Assembly (NCBI GenBank): GCA_010909165.1
Contig: VJWM01000221.1
Coordinates: 237,530 to 301,529, forward strand
From: Anthoceros angustus
Lineage: Eukaryota; Plantae; Anthocerotophyta
Reading direction: 5' to 3'
Length of the DNA: 64,000 nt
A program made the position numbers and the translations under genes. Shown one piece after another: positions 22,701-33,993 of this stretch. The notes under the pieces are model-generated. The model worked only from the letters and a program-made list of their open reading frames with translations. It was not told the origin of the DNA and ran no database searches. The first letter of the stretch is position 1. Each line of letters opens with the position of its first letter.

Positions 22701-25619
22701 AAAGGAGTCTGAATCTGCAGGTATCAGCGGTAGTAATGTATCTTGGGGTGGGAAAGATGTCCAGGTTTCGGGACTGGGTGTTTCTACTGATGGGGGTAAA
22801 CCACAGTCTGGGAACGATACCGCACAGATCAAGGGAAAGGGTGCTTGGAAGGAAGACGACCCTTTCAGTGGTGAGTACGGGGAGATAGGAGAATCAGTAG
22901 ACTTAGCACCTCCATTGTTTGATCATCCTCTTCAGAATATAGGGAACTTTTTGAAGTCGGTCTTGCCAACATCTCGCCCATTTCCTACCAAGGGAGCCCC
23001 TCTGGATCTTCTTACTGGTGATTTATGGGAGCCACCACTGGCTCAGAAAGTTGCAGTTCAACCGCCAGCAAAACGAGTGGCAGCAAATGATGAAGGAAGA
23101 AGTTGAAGATTTGCTTGATCCAGATTTAATGGCTGCGCTTGCAGGCCTTGGAATCACAGACGTGAAGAAAACCAAGCCAGCACCCAAGATCAGGTAAAAG
23201 CGGTAGACAATGTGCAAAGGAAGATCCCTTCTGTTCCCAAACCACAGGCAGAGGTTGCAGTGGGGAAGATGGATCTTTCTGGCAGGAACAATGACCATAA
23301 ATCTTTGCCAGTAAATACTGGACCAGGTGCCAGCCAAGGTGCTATTGTCGGCAATTCAGCTGCAGGTTTGCAGCAAGAGATTTTGGCACACAAAAGGAAG
23401 GCACTGGCACTAAAGCGAGAGGGCAAGCGAGCGGAGGCAACGGATGCACTCAAGCAAGCCAAACTGCTAGAGCTGCAGCTGGAGCGACTGAACCTTGGTG
23501 AAGCTGGAAATTCGAAATCTGCGAACCCAACAGCAACTTCACAAGAGAAGCGACAAGAGCATCAACCCAGCTCATCTGCACCAATTGCACCCTCAGTGCA
23601 GGCATCCAGGGTGCCTGAACAAGTAGTGGCACCTCCGTCCCAGCCTTCAAGATCTGAAAAGGTGGCACCAGCCCTCAGCAAGGAGACCCAGACTCTTCCC
23701 ACTCAGGCTCTTGATGAACCTGTGACAAGCTTAGATACTCATCAGCATCCTCCTACTAAAAAGACCGGATCTGAGCTCCAAAAAGAGTTGTTGGGCCTTA
23801 AAAGGCGTGCTCTGGCGTTAAAGCGGGAAGGTAGATTGGAAGAGGCAAATGAAGAGCTTAGGCAGGCGAGGGTACTCGAGAAGCAGTTTGAGGAAATGCA
23901 AGTTGTGGAATCCTCAGGGAAGGGCAAGCGTCCACCTCAACAATTCTCACAACAACCCGCTTTGCAACCCTCAATGTTTGATGACCGGAATCAGGATAAT
24001 GTTCAAGTCACAGATGAGGATATGCTGGACCCGCAACTCATGGCAGCCCTTCAAAATATGGGCTGGAAGGAAGAGACACGTGCACCAGGGGAACCCAGTC
24101 ATGACACTGGAAGAAAGGAGTCTGAATCTGCAGGTATCAGCGGTAGTAATGTATCTTGGGGTGGGAAAGATGTCCAGGTTTCGGGACTGGGTGTTTCTAC
24201 TGATGGGGGTAAACCACAGTCTGGGAACGATACCGCACAGATCAAGGGAAAGGGTGCTTGGAAGGAAGACGACCCTTTCAGTGGTGAGTACGGGGAGATA
24301 GGAGAATCAGTAGACTTAGCACCTCCATTGTTTGATCATCCTCTTCAGAATATAGGGAACTTTTTGAAGTCGGTCTTGCCAACATCTCGCCCATTTCCTA
24401 CCAAGGGAGCCCCTCTGGATCTTCTTACTGGTGATTTATGGGAGCCACCACTGGCTCAGAAAGTTGCAGTTCAACCGCCAGCAAAACGAGTGGCAGCAAA
24501 TGATGAAGGGGAAGAAGTTGAAGATTTGCTTGATCCAGATTTAATGGCTGCGCTTGCAGGCCTTGGAATCACAGACGTGAAGAAAAACCAAGCCAGCACC
24601 CAAGATCAGGTAAAAGCGGTAGACAATGTGCAAAGGAAGATCCCTTCTGTTCCCAAACCACAGGCAGAGGTTGCAGTGGGGAAGATGGATCTTTCTGGCA
24701 GGAACAATGACCATAAATCTTTGCCAGTAAATACTGGACCAGGTGCCAGCCAAGGTGCTATTGTCGGCAATTCAGCTGCAGGTTTGCAGCAAGAGATTTT
24801 GGCACACAAAAGGAAGGCACTGGCACTAAAGCGAGAGGGCAAGCGAGCGGAGGCAACGGATGCACTCAAGCAAGCCAAACTGCTAGAGCTGCAGCTGGAG
24901 CGACTGAACCTTGGTGAAGCTGGAAATTGAAATCTGCAACAGCAACTTCACAAGAGAAGCGACAAGAGCATCAACCCAGCTCATCTGCACCAATTGCACC
25001 CTCAGTGCAGGCATCCAGGGTGCCTGAACAAGTAGTGGCACCTCCGTCCCAGCCTTCAAGATCTGAAAAGGTGGCACCAGCCCTCAGCAAAGAGCAGAAG
25101 CAGCAGCAAATTCGGCAGGGAAAAGACCGTATGAAGCTGCAGCAGGAATCTCTTGCTCACAAGCGCAAGGCTCTTGGGCTTCGGCGAGAGGGCAAGGCAG
25201 AGGAAGCAGAGGCGGAGTTTGAGTTAGCAAAGGCTCTGGAGGAGCAGATGAAGGAACTGGAGCCAGAGAAAGCAGATGCCCATGAGGTAGGTGAGGTGGA
25301 GAACATCTTCGATCCTCAGCTAATGGCTGCTCTGGCAGGGCTGGGCTTGACAGACGCAGCCAAGCCAGAGGCTAAAAGCCAACCAACCAACCAACCACCG
25401 GCAGCTCGACCTCTCACGGCCCCATCTGCTCCAGGCCCTGTGTCTGCCCAAGTGCAGAAATCGACCATCTCAAGAACACAAACTCTCGAGGACAAAATCA
25501 AGTCCGAAAAGGTGAGAGCTGTGCAGTTGAAGCGTGCTGGAAAGCCAGCAGAGGCCATGGACGCGCTTCGGGAAGCAAAGAAGCTGGAAAAACAGCTCTT
25601 GGCTCTCACGTCTCAGTAA
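19736..25619 (+). CDS. FYVE4: FYVE-domain protein with multiple DM14-like helical repeats (FYVE4/At1g61690-like ESCRT-III-associated protein); frameshifted as assembled
   Basis: Exon 1 (19736-19849) reads MLEKIGLPAKP..WVLDASHCQGC, and the exon from 20068 reads HHCRRCGGIFCGNC..CEQC. There is a probable 96-nt intron at 20237-20332. Eight distinct LxxEILAxKRxALALKREGK repeats alternate with DPxLxAALxxLG motifs. Confidence 0.88.
22261..25082 (+). repeat. Near-identical tandem duplication inside FYVE4 (22261-23673, 1413 bp; 23674-25082, 1409 bp)
   Basis: The copies are identical except 3 homopolymer bases missing in copy A (~23096, ~23170) and 7 bases missing in copy B (~24927-24937). The consensus unit is 1416 bp (472 codons). 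Confidence 0.9.
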
Positions 25620-25624
25620 CATCA

Positions 25625-25790
25625 ATCTGTAACATGTATGCTGGATCTGTAACATGCATGCTGGATCTGTAACATGTATGCTGGATCTGTAACACGTATG
25701 CTGGATCTGTAACATGTATGCTGGATCTGTAACATGTGTGCTGGATCTGTAACATGTGTGCTGGATCTGTAACATGTATGCTGGATATGT
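25625..25790 (+). repeat. 20-bp minisatellite (AACATGTATGCTGGATCTGT) x8, just 3' of the FYVE4 stop
   Basis: Head-to-tail units start at 25631 and recur every 20 bp, with no spacers. Confidence 0.95.
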
Positions 25791-26881
25791 TTGTATATCT
25801 ATTGAAATCACATCTGCATCTCTGTGACCTAGCCTGGAAAATGGCCTCCAAATGCTTATTTTTTTACCGCTTGTGGACAATGGAGTGTAGTGGTTGTAGG
25901 CAAGCCGCTGCCGTTCAGGTGGGTCCTGTCATAGGGACCAGGTGAGAGACGTGCTTATCGCCAACCACCCCACCAACTTCGGTAGAAATGTAGCTGCACC
26001 TGTCTCAATCGAGAACGCAATTTGCGTGCCGTACGCTGTGCTCGCCCCTTGCTGGCTGCAGCAGCACCCTTGTTGAGATCGCCCGGCTCGCCATAACCGG
26101 GAGACGAAGCATAAGAAGATAATCTAAGAACATATACTATCTGATGGTAGGCCCTATATAGGTCTGCACCCATGTACGACAGACCAAAGCCAGTGTCGAC
26201 ATGCTTCTCTGGCCTTTCTGGAACTCCGCGTGACGTTGCAATCTTGGCGGCAGTTTTCACGCTGGCTGATCAATCCGCGGCTTGAAGGTGCGCTTGTGAT
26301 TGTTGCCTGCGCGTCGGTGAAGAATCTTCTGGAGGCTTGTGGCGTCTTTGGCTTGCCGTGCATGCCGCCTGCTGCCATGGTGGAATGGTTTGAAATTCTC
26401 GTTGGACTTAGAGGTGGAGGCGCATGGCGGGGGTTTGATGTGTAGCATTCCTGTACGTCTGTCTTTGCCTGATCTTTGTGCGCTTCTTTTGCATGTTACT
26501 CTATTAGACATGTTGATGATGCATTTGGAAAACGCTGTTGTGCCGTTGAAGAGGGGGGCTGCTGAGCGCATGCAATTTCGTGCAAGTCTGAGTTTCGGTT
26601 GCTGAAAGCTCATTGTGAAGTGGAGTGGAATGAATTCCAGCTGTTGAGAGGTGGAAATAGATCTGGAGAGAAGAAGTATTGCAGCTGATGAGCAGCTGCT
26701 GACGTGCAGTCAGGTCCTTCTGGTTGTTGTGCAGATTGGCGGGATTTTCTGTGAGTGACGGGCGGTGGATTGTGGATGCTAGCGCGTTTGCGCATGTGAG
26801 CGGAATTTATGTCATCTACAACCCGGGTCGTGCTAAGCAGGCTTTGCAAGAGAGACACGGAGGATTTTGCAGGTGGCAGCC

Positions 26882-28146
26882 ATGACTGCCAGGAGACGTG
26901 AATCTGACATGGTTACCGAGGGCAGAAATAGTGAGAGTGATGCGTTGGTGGAGGACCAGGCTGCGCACCGGGGTGGATTGGAAGGCACGGCGCAGATATT
27001 GTGGAAGAAGGTTAAGCGCAGCTATCATCTGGTTGAGTTTCATGCTCTGCCAGACTACCTAAGGGATAACGACTACATTCTGAAGTATTACAGGGCAGAT
27101 TGGCCTCTGAAGCAAACGCTCCTCAGCGTCTTCACTCTACATAATGAGACGATCAACATCTGGACGTGAGTCTTGCTCCTGGTTTTATCCTGTCATATCT
27201 TCGACTCTTCGTACATGACTTACGTGTTTCTCTTGTTCTGGTGCAGGCACTTAATGGGATTCTTTCTCTTTTTGTTCCTAACCATCTATGCCGTTCCACA
27301 AGTGGTGGATTTGCAAGGGTTCCATCTGAAAGAGTTGCTCGCCAACTGTCTCCCTGAAAGCTTTTCCACATCCAATCGAACGAGCCAGTGTTTGCTGGTA
27401 AGGGTTATTGCAGCGTATATCTGAATGTGCATATGGCCTCTTGCTCTTGTGTTTCCTTGTAGATCTTACTGCTTGTGTCACTGCAGACGACTATGAAGCA
27501 CGAGGTTGCAAATATGGTGGTTCCATTTTTAAACAAGCCTATAGCTCGCTGGCCTTTCTACATATTCCTTATTGGAGCTATGTTCTGCCTCTTGTCCAGT
27601 GCTATTTTTCATCTCCTTTCGTGCCACTCTGCACGACTATCATATTTTATGGTGCGGCTAGATTATGCTGGCATCTCTTCATTAATTGCAGCCTCTTTCT
27701 TCCCCCCAGTTTATTATGGGTTCTTTTGTGAGCCACATTTACAACTTCTGTACCTCAGTGCTATATCCGTTCTTGGAATTGTAACCATGGCAGTGTCTCT
27801 GATTCCGGCATTTCAGACTCCGCAATACAGACATATCCGTGCTGGTCTTTTCTTCGGAATGGGAGTATCTGGAGTGGTTCCTTGTGTGCATAAGCTCTTG
27901 CTCTATGGGAATGACCCTATTGCCATGACTACGACGGCGTACGAGGTTCTGATGGGTCTTCTGTATGGATTGGGTGCTCTTCTGTATGCAGCTCGAATTC
28001 CCGAGCGATGGAAACCTGGTCTGTTTGACCTTGCCGGCCATAGCCACCAAATCTTCCATGTGTTGGTCGTTGCCGGTGCTTTCACCCATTACAGAACTGG
28101 ACTCCTCTATCTGAAATGGCGAGATGTCGCTGGCTGCATGGCCTGA
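26882..28146 (+). CDS. HHP: Heptahelical PAQR/hemolysin-III family membrane protein (adiponectin-receptor-like), 3 exons
   Basis: Exons 26882-27165, 27247-27397 and 27463 (or 27487)-28146. Motifs LPDYLRDNDYIL, HNETINIWTHL, RLDYAGI, ARIPERWKPGLFD and GHSHQIFH are present. Confidence 0.92.
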
Positions 28147-28737
28147 GATTTATTTTTTGCTCCCTTCCAGAGCAGATCCCTCGGAACAGGGCTTGGTTAA
28201 GGGTAAAAACTTGTGCCTGCTTGGAAAGTCCGATGTCGGCATTGTGTTCTCTAGACAACTAGGTGACAAAAATCATGGTCATCGACCAGGACAATTCAAC
28301 ATTGCTTTATATGTTCCTTGCGTCCCGTGAACCCCGTCCGACCCCGTCCGACCCCGTCCCAAACGATTCAACTCCTGATTGAATCCTCAATTCTGCTGCA
28401 GCGCAGTCTGTAAAAGTAGCAAAACGACGTGTAGACTATAGGGCATGTACGTAGAAAGCGACAAGGTGAACAATGAAAAGATGTTGTTCCAGATGGAACG
28501 TCTGAAACGCTCACATGAGTATTGTTTTGTAAGACTCCTTATAAATAACATTTTTCCATTCAGTCAGCTCACTTCCAACCCTGTTCTCACGTTGAGGATA
28601 CATTCCTCCTCTTCATAGCAGCGAGCTCTGGTATGCCCGCTGTTGCAATGTCAAAGCTCACAAAACAGGCACATCGAAGAGAATGAGGAAGTATTAAGTC
28701 CAGTGTTTGAGGAGGATATTTCCCGTCCCGTCTTCAC

Positions 28738-30066
28738 CTACAATATATAAATGATGTTCAGATAAATGGCCATGTAGAAGGCGATGGATATGACAGCAAA
28801 TATGTGCTGCCAGAGTAGGATTGCAGCTGCCTCCTTCTCTGCAAAGCCCCGCAAGGTTGCCATGGCTCCTACAAGGATAGCACTGGGCATTGTATGCTGT
28901 AGGAGGAGAACGAACATAAACATGGAATCACCGTGAGGCACAAAGCCAAGCTTGTCTGCAGCTAGCACCACCACAATACCCACTGGTGGCAGCACGAACA
29001 AGCGCGTGAAACAAATGCCAATAGTTGTCCTTAACCCAAGTGAAGAAGTACTGGGTCCATCAGCAAAGGTGCCCCCCATCACAAGCATGATGCAGGGGAC
29101 CATTGCCCCTGCCACGATGGATAGACTGTCCGTGAAAAAGTTTAGAGGAGCATCTTCTCCGAAGAGGAAGGAGCTCAGATGTGGGAATATGCCAATGATC
29201 ATAGCCAACAGAGAAGCCACGATAGGAGGCTGAAGCATGTGTTGCAGAGGAGTTCTTTCGGCCACAATGCGCATCTTCTTCACCACCTGGGGTTCACCTA
29301 TGCATAAGACCTGTGCCCTTGGACTCCCACCATTCATGTGGTCTTCTCCATCAGCTGCTACGTCGAATTCAGCAGAAAACACTCGTGAAATAAGAGGCGT
29401 CTTGCTGTCCTCTACCTCGGCGTCTTTCACCCCGGGCCACTCTGCCTCCAGGAGAGGTGTTTTTGTCACACCATCTGATGAATCCGCATGCACTGCCTCG
29501 GATGACACAAACTCGTAGTAGTCCTCAGGGGGCTCCATCATATGGTACACAAACGTGTAAATGATGATAACAGCCACCCACTGCGAGAAAGCCACATACG
29601 CTACACCTGCTGTCTTACAATGTTCCCCGAAGGGATTCGTTATTCCACAGATGGATCCAACAATTGCAAGAGGCAGGTTTCCAGTGTTTCCGATGCCAGT
29701 CATTATAATGGTGAACTTGAAGAACTGCGGTGGGGGCCGGCATATGACAGCCACTAGATAACCAAACAAACAGCCAATAACAGAGCTCAAAACTACATTT
29801 ACAGGGATGAACCACCAGTCCAACATATTCTGCATGGTAACCAGTGCTCCCAACTCGGAAAAGATCAGGCAGGGTAGGAACAGAACAAACACAAGCTTGC
29901 TCAGCAGTTTGTAAGCTTCTGCGTTCAAAATGTTAAACCGGGGAAGGGCCAGCAGATACCCCACCAGACAGATAGTTACCACCTTGAGAACTGGAACAAC
30001 GGCAAGCTCCACAACTTGCGCCTGATTCACCTTCCCTGACCCTACAATCACCTGCAGGTTTTCCAT
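28738..30066 (-). CDS. PILS: PIN-LIKES auxin transport facilitator (PILS2/6-type), intronless, ~442 aa
   Basis: Motifs KLVFVLFLPCLIF, WWFIPVNV, GNTGNLPLAIV, VAYVAFSQW and FVLLLQHTMPSAI. The likely start is MENLQ at 30066, not the upstream ORF-finder start. Confidence 0.9.
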   Translation of the reverse strand: MENLQVIVGSGKVNQAQVVELAVVPVLKVVTICLVGYLLALPRFNILNAEAYKLLSKLVFVLFLPCLIFSELGALVTMQNMLDWWFIPVNVVLSSVIGCLFGYLVAVICRPPPQFFKFTIIMTGIGNTGNLPLAIVGSICGITNPFGEHCKTAGVAYVAFSQWVAVIIIYTFVYHMMEPPEDYYEFVSSEAVHADSSDGVTKTPLLEAEWPGVKDAEVEDSKTPLISRVFSAEFDVAADGEDHMNGGSPRAQVLCIGEPQVVKKMRIVAERTPLQHMLQPPIVASLLAMIIGIFPHLSSFLFGEDAPLNFFTDSLSIVAGAMVPCIMLVMGGTFADGPSTSSLGLRTTIGICFTRLFVLPPVGIVVVLAADKLGFVPHGDSMFMFVLLLQHTMPSAILVGAMATLRGFAEKEAAAILLWQHIFAVISIAFYMAIYLNIIYIL

Positions 30067-31444
30067 CTCAAACCTCCCGCACGCACACACAGAACAGGCT
30101 GTATGGAAGGCTGTCAATAAACAGCGATTGTGCCAAGTTGTTGCTTTCGTATACAACAATCCTCCCTTGCAATCTGTTGTTAGATTATCAGCACCAACTC
30201 CCCGAGGAATGAGGCATACCGAATCCTGCCAGAACCCAACAGTTACACACCTGGGTCTGGTTGGGCGGCTGCAAATAGATACTTCCGTGAACAGCACAGA
30301 TAACACAGCAAGAGTTGTGGATGAGCTAGAACCGACCCACTACTTGTTTTGCAAGTAGCACCTCACGCTTCCAAGAAGTACGAATCCCCCACGAATAGCC
30401 CTTCTCACCCTCCTAACCCACATCACACACACCAGCCTGCTCGCAGAGCCTCCTCACACGCCTACCACCACAGCAGATTCCCAAGCATAAGCTCGCCTGA
30501 CCATGTTCTTCGCTGCTACTTCCCTGTCTGCCCACAACCCAATTCGCTCTCAAATTGGCTGTCCCAGCAGGCCATCCAACATATCCCGACTCAGAACAAC
30601 AGAGCTCGACAAAAGCATCCCCTCCACTCGCACAGTGCCCCCTAAAGCATCAAGTGACTGCTTCCCACATGAACATCCTCACCCAAACTTTGCTCCATCA
30701 ACACCGCAGCTCCATCGCCCACCATCACTTTACGGGCCCGCACATGCACAACATTCGCCCACATTTTTCGCTACTGTTGGCGGAGGTGAGCAGGTTCCAC
30801 ACTGATCTGTCGCCACTGTTTTCACATGGAGAAAAGTTTTATCCATGAATGATTTTTGCGAATTCCTTATCCTGTTAGAAAACAATCGATGCTTCACTCG
30901 GGCAAATCATCCATTACATTCATATGTACCCCGTCCGGCCCAACTGGTCACATCCGTCTCACCCCCTCCGCCCTCGTGCTTGCAAGTGGATGAGAAGCTC
31001 CAGTGACAAAGCCTGGATGCAGAAAGAAGGCCTCGTGCTGAAAAGAAGGAATATTGAAAGGTGGTCTGGTGCCTGGGGCCTGGGTCGGCGGGGACGCAGA
31101 TTTCAAGGACATCGTTCATGGACCACGTTTTACTCGACTTGTAGCGAACCAGGTCAGATTCCACTTGTAGTGGCTGGAGATGGTGACAAACTCGAGCGTG
31201 AAGTGCACATGGTTACGGCACCCACAACGTAGAGAGGGAACTTAGAGAGTGTATGTAGTCTTGAGAAAACCTAGAGAGGGTATGTAGTCCAGAGAGAACT
31301 TACTGGATGTGCCCACGACCCACATCCCACACTCGGTACTTCTCAGGGAGGCGAATTTCGCAACTCCAGGAAACGTGAATTTGTATCAAGTTTGTACAGT
31401 AAGGAACTTGGAAATTGCAACTTGCAACAGGTTTGCATGCGAGA

Positions 31445-32860
31445 TCATGACCAGTCGATGTAGCGAATGGAGCCTCGGCGCATCCAGAGCTGGTAGCACA
31501 GCATGAAGAATGCGTCCATGGGCTCGGAAGGATTATGCCATGCAAGGTGCACTGCAAAATCTGCTCCTGACTGTTGCATCTCCTCGTACTCCTGGGGGGT
31601 GATGGCTTGTAGCAAGTTCTTCAGTTCCTGTGCTTGCTTGGGGTGTACGATGACAGCGAACTTCTGCCAATTGGCGATGTCTTGGAATGGCATGTCGTAG
31701 AGAAGGTGGTCAGTGATGAGCACAGGGACGCATCCGGATTGGAGCATTTCCAGGAGCCCAATGTCTTCACCTTGGCTTAGAGTAGCGAAGCAGAACCTGC
31801 TGGACAGCATGGCTTCCCGGCAAGAATTCTCATCCCAAGTCTCGACGAAGAGAAAGTCTGCATCGTCCTTCCATGCCTTGTATACCTGTTGCATGAGGTC
31901 CTCTGTCTCCTCCAAGTCCTCGGTCTCCAGGTCCCCGGCGTAGTAGGCCAATGTGGGTCTTCCACTAATTCCCCTTAACGGCGCCTGCATGGCAGCAGGA
32001 GCAGGGCTGGCGAGAGGCATGGTGATGTCCTTGTGTGGGTAGAAATTCGGGTGGCCTCCTTTTGGAAATGGGAAGCAATCTATCCAGACTGAGTTCTTCT
32101 TGAGCTCCAAGAAATTCCTGGATGTGTCCGGGGGGAAATCGTGACATGCAATGAGAGCATGATCCGCTCCCAGGGATCGGTTCCAGTAGGGATAGCTCGT
32201 TCGCAGCACCTGGATGTAGTCTTTGAGATGCTGACCCAACCTCTCAGAGCCTATTGCCGGACTCCGCCATAGAGAGTGCACAGAAATTGGAAGCATGAAG
32301 AACGTCGCCTCTTCCGGGTACAGCGTGACAAAACCGCTCTCTGAAAGCCTGCTGAAGAAGAAGTCTTCTATCCTGTGAGATCCGCTCGATGCTGCTTCGA
32401 AGCTGTAGTTGCCAGATTCACCAGATGGGTAGATGAAGACCTTGAATTCGCCCAACATCACATCGTAATTTGTCGACCAGATGTCGAAGGAGTGGTATAA
32501 CTTGCTCCTCCTCCTCTCCCCTCTTTGTGCGGCCATGAGCTCCCGGCTGTGCGATTTGGAGGTGGAGGCTTGAAGGTTGTTGTCTGCATTCATAAAAGTT
32601 CTCAAAGTGGAAATTGAAGGTGAGATCAACAGCGCTTGTGAGACATGGATCCTGATCAAGGCAGCAGACATACAAGCAGCTACAAGCAACGCCAGAATTC
32701 GAAGCACCCAGCTCCAGCTCCGCACGCAAGCCACAGCCATGACAGGATGTGGAGTGACTGGTGAAGCCGCTGGACTGAATGTTTTTTGTCGGATAACCAG
32801 TCCGAACTGCTGGCGGCAGGCATGCATGCAGTTGCTTTTTGCAGTTGAGCTAATGGCCAA
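31445..32860 (-). CDS. Exostosin-like glycosyltransferase family 47, intronless
   Basis: N-terminal signal anchor, then FKVFIY, YPYWNRSLGADH..ACHD, KDITMP, SSRFC and GCVPV..D...MPF. The start could be 32860 or 32740. Confidence 0.88.
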   Translation of the reverse strand: MAISSTAKSNCMHACRQQFGLVIRQKTFSPAASPVTPHPVMAVACVRSWSWVLRILALLVAACMSAALIRIHVSQALLISPSISTLRTFMNADNNLQASTSKSHSRELMAAQRGERRRSKLYHSFDIWSTNYDVMLGEFKVFIYPSGESGNYSFEAASSGSHRIEDFFFSRLSESGFVTLYPEEATFFMLPISVHSLWRSPAIGSERLGQHLKDYIQVLRTSYPYWNRSLGADHALIACHDFPPDTSRNFLELKKNSVWIDCFPFPKGGHPNFYPHKDITMPLASPAPAAMQAPLRGISGRPTLAYYAGDLETEDLEETEDLMQQVYKAWKDDADFLFVETWDENSCREAMLSSRFCFATLSQGEDIGLLEMLQSGCVPVLITDHLLYDMPFQDIANWQKFAVIVHPKQAQELKNLLQAITPQEYEEMQQSGADFAVHLAWHNPSEPMDAFFMLCYQLWMRRGSIRYIDWS

Positions 32861-33236
32861 AGCCTTCGAACACCTCGAAACACATCAAGGACGAAGGGAA
32901 GCTTAAGGTAGTCCGGTCGGCAGAGGAATTCGACAAAAATTGAGCTTGGAGAAGTTTCAGGCAAGCTTTTTCAGCCCACAAGAGAAAACGTGCTTGTTCA
33001 GCTCGAACATGACGAGCAGGGCTACAAATTGTGTCAGCCAGTTGGTCCTTCCACCAAGGTAAAACAGCTGAAGGAGGAGACACAGAAGAATTGCAATGTT
33101 CACGACAATCCATGGCTGACGAACGCCAAGATTCCCATCTAGGTTCGCACCTCCTACCGAGTCTAGCGATTGGTAGCTTTCGATACATACACATATAACC
33201 TAATTTCGTCACCTACTGTCCTCTCAGGCATGAAGA

Positions 33237-33686
33237 TCAAGCATCAGGAATGGGCTTGAGCCGGGCCAGCCTTCGCACCCTATCTCGATCGGTTTGCTCC
33301 AGCAGTCCTTGGGCGACAATCTCATCAAGGCATAGGCAGATCTTGCCATACTTGTCCAGGAAGGAGCGCTCGCTGGGAGCTGCCTTGTTGCAGACATCCT
33401 TCACCACGGCAACCACAGTGTTGAGGACCTGCACTAGGGCTAGCTCGTCGTAGTCATCCTTCCCCACGGCGTACATGCAAACTTCCCCCACCAAGGTGTA
33501 CACGATGTACACGGCCTTGTGAGATGCCACAAACAGCTCCTCCTCTCTGGCAACGTTCTTGAGATTCTCTGCCCCCAGCTTCAGCAAGAAGGACCTCCAG
33601 TGCACTCCCTCCTCCGGCGGAAGGCCGTGGAAACGTTCCAGTAACACATTTCCAGCTCTGTTAGCAAAGAGCAGACACAGGATCAT
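33237..33686 (-). CDS. LOLITA: Longin/sigma-adaptin-like subunit of the TPLATE/TSET complex (LOLITA/TSPOON), 149 aa
   Basis: MILCLLFANRAGNVLLERFHG..HWRSFLLKLGAENLK..GKDDYDELAL..FLDKYGKICLCLDEIV closely matches At1g15370 as recalled. Confidence 0.85.
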   Translation of the reverse strand: MILCLLFANRAGNVLLERFHGLPPEEGVHWRSFLLKLGAENLKNVAREEELFVASHKAVYIVYTLVGEVCMYAVGKDDYDELALVQVLNTVVAVVKDVCNKAAPSERSFLDKYGKICLCLDEIVAQGLLEQTDRDRVRRLARLKPIPDA

Positions 33687-33993
33687 GGCCGCTTGTGTGT
33701 CCTGACTGATGCGCTCCGAAGACAACCTGCAACTCCACCTCCGAGTAGGCGGGCGCCGCTTTAGTTCCAACCTGTGTAGGGCAGCTGTTGCTGTGCATAC
33801 GTGTGTACCAGGGGACTGATGTTACAACTAGCCCACAATGAAGAGCTGATTCCGCTGATTCCTTGTGGAGAGGCGATGCATCGTGCGCCCTAGTGTTTTT
33901 GACGCTGGCTTCTCGGAAGGGAAGATGGAAGAGAAGCATGTAACCAGATTTGGAGATGACCCACTTACGATACCGAGTTCCTGTCCGATTGGG

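Noticed and set aside
25625-25790. CRISPR-like regular repeat
   Set aside because: Units are head-to-tail with no unique spacers, there are no cas genes, and the context is eukaryotic. It is a minisatellite.
30067-30306. 80-aa N-terminal extension of PILS given by the ORF track
   Set aside because: Starts at a non-ATG codon, shows no family similarity and looks like 5' UTR or intron. ATG 30066 is preferred.
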